From NCBI GenBank assembly GCA_046753605.1, contig JBHHTZ010000002.1, positions 1 through 38,447 of the forward strand: 38,447 bases of DNA, read 5' to 3'. The notes under the pieces are model-generated. The model was not told where the DNA came from, made no database searches, and was given only the letters and a program-made list of their open reading frames with translations. Both the position numbers and the translations under genes were made by a program. Position 1 is the stretch's first letter; each line of letters starts with the position of its first letter. This document shows, in pieces, positions 15,380 to 24,136 of this stretch. The DNA comes from Anaerolineae bacterium (GTDB lineage: Bacteria > Chloroflexota > Anaerolineae > Epilineales > JAANWY01).

Positions 15380-18300
15380 CTAGCACCCAACATCTGACTC
15401 GCAGGCCAGGAGCCACTGGCCCTGGAACAGGGCCTCGATGCGAACGTGGTATCCCACGGGGGCCTCGACGACGGCGTAAGTTGGGTATTCTTCTGACAGT
15501 AACCCGATCGCCAGGCCGTTCACGTACATACGCCAGTCGTCCACGGGTTGGCTCGATGTCACGGTCTGCTGTCTCATGTCCGCCGAGCCTCCCAATTCAC
15601 ACCACCCTCCACAATCGAACTGAGGGGAGGTAGCAGGCGGCGTTGGCGCTGCAGCGAGCTGGCTCACCCAGTTGCTGGCCACCAGCGGCAAATAGAGTTG
15701 CCGGGACGAGGTTCCCCCAGGGGTCGCTGTCGGTGTCGGCGTAGGTGTCGGTGTAGGGGGCAGCGGCGTAGCAGTGCTGGTGGGCGTGCTGGTGGGTGTT
15801 GATGTCGGAGCAGGCGAGGTCGGCGTGCTCGTCGGGGTTGGCTCGGTCGGTTCCTGGCCCGCGTGGAAGCGCATCAAACCCCATCCGTTGGTGCCGATCC
15901 AGACATCACCATCCGGCGCTGCAGCGATGACTTCGACGTCGCCGCTCACCAGCGGCGAATTGGCCGGCGACCAGCTCGCCCACCCGGCCCCGGCACGCGT
16001 GAGCTTGATCCCGCCGGCAGTCTTTTTGATCTCCGTATCCTCTGCCTGGCCATCCCGATCGCCGTCCATGCCACCGCGCGAAGTGCCGGCCCAGACGGTG
16101 CCGGCGGCATCCACGGCGATAGACGAAACCCAGCCATCGTGCTGGAAGGAGGCGGAATCCCAGGCGCCACCCCGGTACCAGTTGATCGTCGCCGGAACGT
16201 AGGGCCAGTTGGAGATATCCGTACTCGTGGTGTTGGTCATGCCCCAGGTGCCGGCCCAGATCGCCCCCTCGGGACCAACGGCGATGCTTCGGGCGTCGCC
16301 GGTGACGTTCCGACTGGCGTATGATTGCAGGCCATCGGCCGTCGTGTAGGCTGTCCAGGCCTGGGCAGCCTCGTCATACCGGCCCACGCCGCCCCCCATG
16401 TTGCCGAAACCGGCAAAGTGAGGCGCACCGGACACCCATACCTGGCCCTGGCCGCAATCTGGCGCAATGTCAGTTATGAGGTCCGAAGGAATCGCGGGGT
16501 ATCTGAATGGGTTCCACCAGGTATCGTTCTCCAGGTTGTGGGGATCGCCCCCCGTGTCCAGCACATCGATGCCGGCCCCCTGGTTCTCCTGCAAACTCCC
16601 CAGCCCAATCCACACCTCCCCATGGCACCCCACCGCCAGCGCCGATACCCCGTTCGACCGCAATCCCGTTGACTCACCCCCCGTACTCTCCACAGTGCGA
16701 ACGGTCCACCCCTCACCGTCGTACACGCTCAACCCCCCGTCGGTGTACCCATGGGCCTCCGAATCCCACATCGCCTCCCGCGTGCCGAACCACACGTTGT
16801 CCCCAGCCACGGCCACCGCCACCACGTTGTCCCCAGCCAGCCCCGTCCACGGCGGCTGCCCATCGTCGTCGGCGCCGGCCTTGGTGAACTGCGTCCACGT
16901 ATCATCGTCCCCCCCCAGCGTGCCATGGGTGTCCAGTAGCAGGGCGCCCGCCCCATACCGCCGCTCCCACCGATTGCCCGTGCCCACCCACACCTGGTTC
17001 TCCCAGCGCGTGCCGGCCTCCCCGAAGGCCACATCGGTGATGTAGTTGCTGGGGATGCCCGTGGCAGCCGTGCTCAGCGGGTCGTCGAAGGCCCGCCTGG
17101 TCAGATCGAAGGGGCTGATGCCGTACGCCCGACCACTGATCCCGCCGGTCCCCATCCAGATGACGTCGTTGCCGGCCAGCATGGCCTGCACCCGGTTGCC
17201 CGCCAGACCATCCCCCGTGGTGAGGGGCTGGCCGGCGGTCGGGTTTTTGACGTTCCACGTGTCGTCGCTGCGGTTGCCGGGCGTGCCGCCGTGATCCAGC
17301 ACCGACACGCCGTACCCCTGGCCGTTGAAGCTGTGGTAGCTGCTGAACCAGACGGCGTTGGCCCATTCGGGGTCATTCGGCGGGCCAAAGGCGATGGCAT
17401 CCACGAAGTTGGACGCCAGGCCATCGGCGGTGGTGAAGCGATCGCGATCCGGGCGCAGGCTGGCGGCGTCGTAGCGGAAAGTGAGCACGCCCCGGCCGCG
17501 CATGGCGGCCCAGATATAGCCCAGGCTGTCCATGCGCAGTTGGGTGACCACGCACCCAAACTGGCTGTCATCCTCGCAGTTCCAGCTCTTCCAGGTGTCA
17601 TCGTCCGGCTCCGGCGTGCCGGCGTGGTCCAGCCGGCTGAGACCACCATGGACCTGGACCCACCGGCCGGGGATGTTCTCGGTGGGTTCTTCGTACAGCC
17701 AGTGCTGCCGGCTGGCGACCCACACGCGACCCTGTCCTGAGCCTGTCGAAGGGTTGCCCGGCACCGGCAGGATGTCGGTGATGTTGTCGGATGCCAGCCC
17801 CAGAATCTGTTGACCCTGCTGGACGGTGAGGGTGTTGTCCAGGGTGAAGGTGTGGAGCCACACATCGTCACTCGGGTCCAGGGTGCCGTGTGGGTCCAGC
17901 TCTGTCAGGCCACCACCGGTGTAGGCTTCTGCATCGGGGTCCCAGTACTGGGAAGAGCCGATCCACAGGCGGCCGGCCTCATCGACGGCCACAGCGGTGA
18001 CCTGGTTGGAGGGGAGTTGGCCGCCGGTGTTCTGCCGGGTGTAGGTGTGCCAGGTGTCGTCGGCTTTGCCGGGAGTGCTGTTGTCATCCAGCACGCTGAG
18101 GCCGCCGTCGGTGGCCAGCCACTTGAGGCCATGGTCATCGATGGCGATGTCGTAGACGATGTTGCCGGCCAGCTCGTCCTGGGGCTTGAGGAACTGGGTG
18201 TAGGAGCCGGCGGTCGTGTTCCAGCGGATGAGGCCGCCGGCGCGGGTGCCGGCCCACAGGACGCCGTGTCCCGAGGTCTCTCCTGAGCTTGTCGAAGCGA

Positions 18301-18637
18301 CGTCCCGAGCTTGTCGAAGGGGGCCTGACGAAGGGTCGCCTTCGCGGGCCAGAGCCAAGATGTCGTCGCCGTTGGCGTAGGTGTACCACTGGCCTGTAGG
18401 GAGTGAGGGGGACCCGGTCTGGGCGGTGGAAGGCGTTGGTTGCAGCAAAAGAGGAAGAGACAGGAGCAGCGACAGGCTGAGCAGGAGGAGCGCGACACAA
18501 AGCCCAGGCGGACGAATAAACTTGCCCGCCTGAGTGGGTTCGCCACCAGAACACTTCCCCCGGCCAGGCCGGGGGAAGTGTTGTCTCATTCCACCTGGAG
18601 CGCTATGGCTGGCCAGGGCAGGCGGGAGGCAGCCCAT
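15380..18637 (-). CDS. P2: Reg_prop-type propeller protein with PT linker and terminal 4-Cys domain; mosaic of P3 (body) and P1 (N-terminus)
   Basis: 1085-codon ORF. 15380-18130 is identical to P3. 18390-18637 is identical to the P1 5' end. Same blade motifs as P1. Ends ...ACESDVGC with stop TAG at 15380-15382, directly abutting the S1 stop. Confidence 0.85.
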   Translation of the reverse strand: MGCLPPALASHSAPGGMRQHFPRPGRGKCSGGEPTQAGKFIRPPGLCVALLLLSLSLLLSLPLLLQPTPSTAQTGSPSLPTGQWYTYANGDDILALAREGDPSSGPLRQARDVASTSSGETSGHGVLWAGTRAGGLIRWNTTAGSYTQFLKPQDELAGNIVYDIAIDDHGLKWLATDGGLSVLDDNSTPGKADDTWHTYTRQNTGGQLPSNQVTAVAVDEAGRLWIGSSQYWDPDAEAYTGGGLTELDPHGTLDPSDDVWLHTFTLDNTLTVQQGQQILGLASDNITDILPVPGNPSTGSGQGRVWVASRQHWLYEEPTENIPGRWVQVHGGLSRLDHAGTPEPDDDTWKSWNCEDDSQFGCVVTQLRMDSLGYIWAAMRGRGVLTFRYDAASLRPDRDRFTTADGLASNFVDAIAFGPPNDPEWANAVWFSSYHSFNGQGYGVSVLDHGGTPGNRSDDTWNVKNPTAGQPLTTGDGLAGNRVQAMLAGNDVIWMGTGGISGRAYGISPFDLTRRAFDDPLSTAATGIPSNYITDVAFGEAGTRWENQVWVGTGNRWERRYGAGALLLDTHGTLGGDDDTWTQFTKAGADDDGQPPWTGLAGDNVVAVAVAGDNVWFGTREAMWDSEAHGYTDGGLSVYDGEGWTVRTVESTGGESTGLRSNGVSALAVGCHGEVWIGLGSLQENQGAGIDVLDTGGDPHNLENDTWWNPFRYPAIPSDLITDIAPDCGQGQVWVSGAPHFAGFGNMGGGVGRYDEAAQAWTAYTTADGLQSYASRNVTGDARSIAVGPEGAIWAGTWGMTNTTSTDISNWPYVPATINWYRGGAWDSASFQHDGWVSSIAVDAAGTVWAGTSRGGMDGDRDGQAEDTEIKKTAGGIKLTRAGAGWASWSPANSPLVSGDVEVIAAAPDGDVWIGTNGWGLMRFHAGQEPTEPTPTSTPTSPAPTSTPTSTPTSTATPLPPTPTPTPTPTATPGGTSSRQLYLPLVASNWVSQLAAAPTPPATSPQFDCGGWCELGGSADMRQQTVTSSQPVDDWRMYVNGLAIGLLSEEYPTYAVVEAPVGYHVRIEALFQGQWLLACESDVGC
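15383..15628 (-). other. 82-aa terminal 4-Cys domain of P2 (CxxxC ... Cx5C-end); homologous segments at 28565-28810 (P3) and 2054-2299 (P1)
   Basis: SPQFDCGGWCELGGSADMRQQTVTSSQPVDDWRMYVNGLAIGLLSEEYPTYAVVEAPVGYHVRIEALFQGQWLLACESDVGC. About 70 percent identical to the P1 version by eye. Confidence 0.6.
15721..15856 (-). other. PT linker of P2
   Basis: EPTEPTPTSTPTSPAPTSTPTSTPTSTATPLPPTPTPTPTPTATPGG. Confidence 0.8.
17729..17752 (-). repeat. 24-nt REP-like insertion (core gagcctgtcgaag) adding PSTGSGQG to a P2 blade loop
   Basis: P2 and P3 read PVPGNPSTGSGQGRVWVA where P1 reads PVPGNRIWVA. The inserted plus-strand sequence is accctgtcctgagcctgtcgaagg. Confidence 0.7.
18262..18343 (-). repeat. 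REP-like element array inserted in frame in blade 1 of P2 (24 extra codons relative to P3)
   Basis: Two exact copies of gagcttgtcgaag (18285-18297 and 18307-18319) plus cctgacgaaggg. P2 reads EGDPSSGPLRQARDVASTSSGETSGHGV where P3 reads QGDT. Confidence 0.7.
18550..18582 (-). repeat. second copy of the 33-nt perfect palindrome, at the G2-to-P2 junction
   Basis: Identical to 5368-5400. Confidence 0.9.
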
Positions 18638-21600
18638 CAGGACCGACCTCTACCAGGAATCCGCCGTCGAATAGCGGGAAGGCTTCGAAAGCCTTGGACT
18701 CGTCGCCTGGGATGTCTGGATCAGACAGAACGCGACCGACGCGCTCCACCGCCACGGCCCCCAGGGCTACCCCTACGCCTTCCTGAGTCGGGTCACCGCC
18801 CTGCTGATTGGTGTAGGTGGCCGAGATCACCAGCGATCCCAGGAAGCCTGGTGGGATAATACCCCATTCGTCCAGATTGATGTACTCCACCTGTTTCTCA
18901 TTCAACTTCTCGCACACGTAGTCGATCAGCCGGTTCTGATCGTAGATGAAGATGACGAAGTCGGTGAAGCCGGGATGGGGGTTCAGGTTCTGAATGGCCA
19001 ACTCCGTGGACACGCCCCGGTTGCGCTTGGCCGCCAGCGGAACGGAGAGCACGCCGGTACCGCGGAATCCTCCCCGGCCGGGCCCCAGTTGCCAGTCATA
19101 GGAGCCCATCTCCTGCAGGGCGTTGTATAGGACCGCCTCCTGGCGCGAGGTCTTGGCCGGGTCGGTGTACTTCTCCAGCATGACCACCGACAGGACGCGT
19201 GGGGCCGAGATCGCCGGATCACCCGGTGAGAACCAGTTCTGGGACTCGACGCGGGCCGAACCGACCCAGTTGCCCGGCAGGCCGGCAATCATCGGCAGGA
19301 AGAAGGTCTGGGAGCCGCGCGGACAGATCCAGTCAACGACGGTCTTGATGACGTCGCCACTATTGTCCAGGAAGTAGACCTTCACCTTGGCGTTGTACGT
19401 CGAGCTCAGGTTCTGCACCTGGATGCTGGTCTCCCAGCCCTGGTGCTCGCGGTAGATCAGCGGCGCGTAGTTCACCTGGGTGCCCAGGCTGAAGTTTAGA
19501 GGGTCATCTTGACCCACGTACACGTCAGCCGGCACGCCGTGGTAGGCGCCGAAGTGGTTGGCGCCCAGCGTATCTATAATCACCCCCAGCGGCTGCGAGG
19601 CCGACAACCACGCTGAGCCCTGCCAACCAGGCCCTACGACTTCGTTCGGGTCAAATGGATAGGACTCGCCAGGGGCCAGGGACAGGATGTCCCACACCAC
19701 CGGCCGGATGCAGTCCCCCTGGCGCTGGAACCACAGCTCCACGGACGTGCACTCTTCACCCGAGTTCTGGACATTGATGATGCTGTTCATGCCGAAGTAG
19801 TCGGCCCAGACCAGAGGCGCGTAGTAGGCGAACCCGCCGGCCCGTGGGTCACGGAACCCCTCGCGGTCGGTGGAGATGCCTACGTAGGCCGCACTGCTGT
19901 CCAGGTTGGGATCGACCACGTCCGGACACGTCCGGTTGACTGTGACAGCCAGCGGTTCGCCCGTGTGGGCACCGAAGTCAAGGACCAACTGCTCCCCCGG
20001 GAAATCGCCAATGGGGCCGAAGTAGGTGCCGCTCTCGCGATACGCCCGGTCAAACAGCAGCCACTCGTCGTGATTCTGCCGGATCAACGGGAATAGCCGG
20101 CCACACGCCATGTCAGCGAAGATACGCTCGTTCCCGCGCTCATCTGTCACCAGGTCGGTCGCGTTCAGGGAGTACATGATGCCGGACCTGGCCCCTGCCG
20201 GCAGCAATCGGTTGGTGAAGGTCCAGGCACTGCCGGGGCGCAGGAGCCCGGTGCACTCGACCTTGAGCGGCCCAAAGGCCTGCGGCGGGCAGAATCCCGG
20301 TTCGCCCCACAGTACCAGCAATGCCTTGGTAAACTCGTTCCCCACATTCTGGACCTGGATCCAGGTCTCGCACTCGTCGGTGTTGATGGCCGGCAACTGA
20401 AGCCGCCAGTCCACGCCCTTGCACGGCGACTGACGCGACACCTCGAACCAGGTGGGGTCATCGTCGTCCCGAGGGTACTCGTCGTCGAAGCGCGGTCCGT
20501 CGAAGTGCGGTCCCTGGACGAAGTTCGTAGGCTCGACGCCGGCTGGGATCTCCGGCCAGCCCGGAGTCTCGGACCACCAGTAGACGAGACCAGCAGTGCC
20601 GGCATGGTTGTTGGCCTGGCGGTTGCTGGTAAAGTATTTGTTGGTGTCCGTGGGGTCGAACTGTGGGAACCGCTGGTCGAACAGATCGATCTCGTTATAG
20701 TCCACCCAACCGTGGTTGAGGACGATGGTTTTCCCGCAGTGCACGCTGAACCCTGGCCCTGCTTCCATGTCTTTGATCCGCACCTGGTAACGCACGCGCA
20801 GGGAGAAGGTGACAGGGATGGGCGGGTCATAAGTGACGCCGTTGAAGCGCAGCAGCTCGCCCTTGGGCGGGATGGCCAGCCTGGTAGCCACGCGGACCTC
20901 GTCGTCGCCCGTGTTGTTGCCCAGCGTGATCTCTCCGGGCAGCACGATGGCCGAGGGGTCGGTGATCTCAATCCAGGCGCCACCGATCGCCGGCGCCTGT
21001 GTGCGGAGCAGGAGATCGTCGCCGAAGGCCAGGTCTGGTGGCTGCACGTCGGCATCAATGATGCGGCCGGTGACCGGATCACGTCCGGAGACGTGGATGG
21101 CGGCGGTGACGCTGCCGTTGATCAGCTTCGCCGGCACCCACGGGTGATCCGGGTCGTCGTTGATGTAGTTGTACAGCCCATCGTAGAACACGACCCCCGT
21201 GGCCGAGATGGCGCCGGTATTGGAGATGTTAACCGTGTACTCGACGATGTCGCCGGCGGTCGGCTCGCCGTCCCCGTCGTGGTCATCGAAGATGCTCCAG
21301 TCCTTGGTGGTGTCTTCCAGCACCGGCAGGGCCAGGGTATCATGGAGCAGATCGGTGTCGCAGATGAGATTGGGGTCGAGATCGTTGCAATAATCATCGC
21401 CGGAGGGCTCAATGCCAGGCAAGGGGGTGCTGTACTTGGTGCTGGGCACCGCATCCACCCGCGCCCGATTGGTGCCCAGGGCGATGATCTGGTTGTTCCC
21501 GGCCGGGAAGTCCACCGTGAAGCTGCGGATGATCAGGATGTGGTCGTAGTCGTCCGGCGTGCCCTTCGGGGCCAGGACGGCCACTTCGGGCTCGGTCGTG

Positions 21601-23990
21601 GCGATGGTGATGGTCTGGGCCTCGTCAGCGCCGGCCACGGTGATGGTGCCCCGCAGCGGCGGCTGGCTCGGGTCCACGACAGTGAAATTGGTAGTCGCCG
21701 CGCGGTAGATAGCTGCATCGGACGGGTCCTGCAGCGTGATGGAGTGGAGCCACGTGTCGCCCTCGTTGGTGATGGTGTAGCAGTAGGTGAGCTCGTCGCC
21801 AGGCAGCGTCAGGATGTCGTCGGCGCTGTAGGCAGCACAGCGTTCAGCCTCCGTCAGGCCATCCGTGGTGACGTCGATGCCTCTGGCCGGGCTGCTGCGG
21901 ACGTACACCTTCTTGTCCACCTTGACCGCAGGCGTGACCAGCAGCGTTTGCTCGACGAAAACGTTGTTGCTCAGGTTCGAGTCCGGCGTCGGGGTGTAGC
22001 CGTGGGGCCAGGGATCCGTGCAGGCCAGGCTGCCAGTCTGGGTCGGGCAGATGTTGCCAGGGACGGTGCCCACCTCCACCCGGTTCTCCACAAAGCCGAT
22101 GTCCGGCGCCACGTTGGCGTCCACGCGCACGCGGATGGTCAGGGTCCGCGTCGTGGGCAGTGATGGGTTGGCGGGATTAGTCAGATCCAGGTCATCGCGC
22201 CGGCCATCGTTGCCGGCAATCTGGCCCCAGTCCACGATGACCACGCCATCGTCACGGAATCGGATACCGAGGGCGCCCGTGGGGGAGCCGGTAGTCGTGA
22301 TCGCTGTCAGCGGATCGCTACCTACCATGTCCAGGCTGGCATAGACCGGCAACGTGTCGGTCAAGATCACTCGGCCGGCATCCGACGGGCCCAGGTTCTC
22401 AATGGTGAGGTAGTAGGTATAGACGAAGCTGTTGGTGACCGGGTCGAAGGTCAGGTAGCCGTCGTCGGGTGTGGGGTTGGGGACATCGGTCTTGCTGACG
22501 GCCAGGTCAGCCTGGCTGGTGACGCCCGTCAACTCGTGGTCGGTGTTGTTGGCCGCGTAGAAATCGCTGATGTCTGTGGCCTCGGTGATGACGACCGTGT
22601 CGGTGATGGTCACCAGGTTGCCCACAGCATCCGGCTCGCTGTAGATGTCTGGCTCTTTGACCAGGTTACTCCGGGCATAGGCCACGATGCGGAAGGAGCG
22701 CTCCTCATCCGGCATCAGATCGTCCCGCAGCAAGCCGTTAATGCGGAAGTCCGTCAGGGTGACGGTGTTGGCCGGTTGGTCGTAGGTGCAAACCGGCACC
22801 TCATCTGGATCCACCGGCTCGCAGCGGACGAAGACCAGGCCGCTGGGCAGCGTATCGGTGATGTCTGTAGCGCGCGCCTTGGACGGCCCCAGGTTCCGGG
22901 CCGTGATGTCGTAGGTCACTTCCTCGCCGGCCAGCACCGGGTCGGGGATGTCGGTCTTGGTGATCTGCAGGTTGGCGACCGCGTTCACGGTTGCTGCCAG
23001 GTCGAACGAGTTCGGCGTGGTTGGGTCAGTAGTGTCGCTCGACACCTGGACATTGTTGGTCGCGGTGCGCACGTTGTCCCCATCGTCGGGGTCGTCAATG
23101 GCGGCATCCGGCCGGGTGCGCGCGACCACCTCTATCTGCTGGGTGGTGGTAGCCGGCACGGTGTTCAGCGGGCAGGTAATGAGCAGCGGGTTGGCGGCGT
23201 TGGCCCAACAGCCGGCCGGCACGCTCTCTACGAAGTCGAACTTGGCCGGCAGGGTGTCAGTGATGATCACGGTCTGGGCATCCGACGGGCCAGTGTTGGT
23301 GACGGTGATTATGTACTTGATCAACTCACCGGCGGTCACCTGATCCGCGGTGGGTGTGAGGATGTCCTGGAAGGTATTGGTGTCGAAGCCGGTGGCCACG
23401 TCGCCCTCAGACGTCTTGGACACAGAGAGGTCGGCCTCGGCTTGTACTGTGACGAAGGCGTGGTTCTCGTTGTCAGGGGGATTATCCTCGGTGCCAAACT
23501 GCCAGGCTCGCACGTCGTGGTCCAGGAGCGTGCCATCCGGGACGTCCGGGAGCACGTACACGGTGACGTTGACCGTCTCGGTCCTACCTGTGGGCATGTT
23601 GCCCAGGGAACAGATGGACGGGTCGCTGGGATCGCCCTCGGTGCCGACCTCACAAGGGCCGACAGAGCTTGAGATGCTCTGGATCACCACGCCGGCCGGC
23701 GCCCGGTACTCGAACACCACGGCCTCCGCGTCCGGCTGGCTGCTGGCGTTGTTTGTTACCTCCACGGCGAACGAGTGGTTGGTACCGGCCTTGGTCGTAG
23801 TTGGTGGCGACGTCGAAAAGGTCACCTCCAGGTCGCCGAAGGCGCGGGCGGTCAAGACGTTTAGAGCCAGCGCCAGCACGAGGACGGCGACGATGGCCGG
23901 CGCGGCGAGCAGGAGAATGCGCCGGCCTGGCCAGGCATGATATGGAAGATGATTGCCGGGATGTTTATGGTTAGGGGCGCGACTATTCAT
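18603..23990 (-). CDS. G2: giant DUF11-repeat surface protein, identical to G1
   Basis: The 1795-aa translation is identical to 5421..10808. Head at 18606-20429. Confidence 0.9.
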   Translation of the reverse strand: MNSRAPNHKHPGNHLPYHAWPGRRILLLAAPAIVAVLVLALALNVLTARAFGDLEVTFSTSPPTTTKAGTNHSFAVEVTNNASSQPDAEAVVFEYRAPAGVVIQSISSSVGPCEVGTEGDPSDPSICSLGNMPTGRTETVNVTVYVLPDVPDGTLLDHDVRAWQFGTEDNPPDNENHAFVTVQAEADLSVSKTSEGDVATGFDTNTFQDILTPTADQVTAGELIKYIITVTNTGPSDAQTVIITDTLPAKFDFVESVPAGCWANAANPLLITCPLNTVPATTTQQIEVVARTRPDAAIDDPDDGDNVRTATNNVQVSSDTTDPTTPNSFDLAATVNAVANLQITKTDIPDPVLAGEEVTYDITARNLGPSKARATDITDTLPSGLVFVRCEPVDPDEVPVCTYDQPANTVTLTDFRINGLLRDDLMPDEERSFRIVAYARSNLVKEPDIYSEPDAVGNLVTITDTVVITEATDISDFYAANNTDHELTGVTSQADLAVSKTDVPNPTPDDGYLTFDPVTNSFVYTYYLTIENLGPSDAGRVILTDTLPVYASLDMVGSDPLTAITTTGSPTGALGIRFRDDGVVIVDWGQIAGNDGRRDDLDLTNPANPSLPTTRTLTIRVRVDANVAPDIGFVENRVEVGTVPGNICPTQTGSLACTDPWPHGYTPTPDSNLSNNVFVEQTLLVTPAVKVDKKVYVRSSPARGIDVTTDGLTEAERCAAYSADDILTLPGDELTYCYTITNEGDTWLHSITLQDPSDAAIYRAATTNFTVVDPSQPPLRGTITVAGADEAQTITIATTEPEVAVLAPKGTPDDYDHILIIRSFTVDFPAGNNQIIALGTNRARVDAVPSTKYSTPLPGIEPSGDDYCNDLDPNLICDTDLLHDTLALPVLEDTTKDWSIFDDHDGDGEPTAGDIVEYTVNISNTGAISATGVVFYDGLYNYINDDPDHPWVPAKLINGSVTAAIHVSGRDPVTGRIIDADVQPPDLAFGDDLLLRTQAPAIGGAWIEITDPSAIVLPGEITLGNNTGDDEVRVATRLAIPPKGELLRFNGVTYDPPIPVTFSLRVRYQVRIKDMEAGPGFSVHCGKTIVLNHGWVDYNEIDLFDQRFPQFDPTDTNKYFTSNRQANNHAGTAGLVYWWSETPGWPEIPAGVEPTNFVQGPHFDGPRFDDEYPRDDDDPTWFEVSRQSPCKGVDWRLQLPAINTDECETWIQVQNVGNEFTKALLVLWGEPGFCPPQAFGPLKVECTGLLRPGSAWTFTNRLLPAGARSGIMYSLNATDLVTDERGNERIFADMACGRLFPLIRQNHDEWLLFDRAYRESGTYFGPIGDFPGEQLVLDFGAHTGEPLAVTVNRTCPDVVDPNLDSSAAYVGISTDREGFRDPRAGGFAYYAPLVWADYFGMNSIINVQNSGEECTSVELWFQRQGDCIRPVVWDILSLAPGESYPFDPNEVVGPGWQGSAWLSASQPLGVIIDTLGANHFGAYHGVPADVYVGQDDPLNFSLGTQVNYAPLIYREHQGWETSIQVQNLSSTYNAKVKVYFLDNSGDVIKTVVDWICPRGSQTFFLPMIAGLPGNWVGSARVESQNWFSPGDPAISAPRVLSVVMLEKYTDPAKTSRQEAVLYNALQEMGSYDWQLGPGRGGFRGTGVLSVPLAAKRNRGVSTELAIQNLNPHPGFTDFVIFIYDQNRLIDYVCEKLNEKQVEYINLDEWGIIPPGFLGSLVISATYTNQQGGDPTQEGVGVALGAVAVERVGRVLSDPDIPGDESKAFEAFPLFDGGFLVEVGPDGLPPACPGQP

Positions 23991-24136
23991 GAGTGATTCT
24001 CCTCCTCAAACAACGTTCTAAGGGCCGGCGCCAGGCCGGCTGAAGCGCTGATTTCGCACTTTTGGCCTGAATTTGACAACCCAAGAGCAGGCTGAGTCGT
24101 ACATCGGACTTCGGGCATCGGATGGGTGCATCTGCC

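Larger units (their letters stand above)
5208..18130. repeat. copy A of a 12,923-bp perfect direct repeat (period 13,182 bp)
   Basis: All six-frame ORFs in this span recur at +13,182 with identical length and translation. Identity is bounded by mismatches at 5207/18389 and 18131/31313. Confidence 0.9.

Noticed and set aside
15383-15628. The P terminal domain as a diversity-generating retroelement target, since it varies between P1 and P2/P3
   Set aside because: There is no reverse transcriptase and no template repeat in the window. The differences are spread over the whole domain and also over the rest of the gene.
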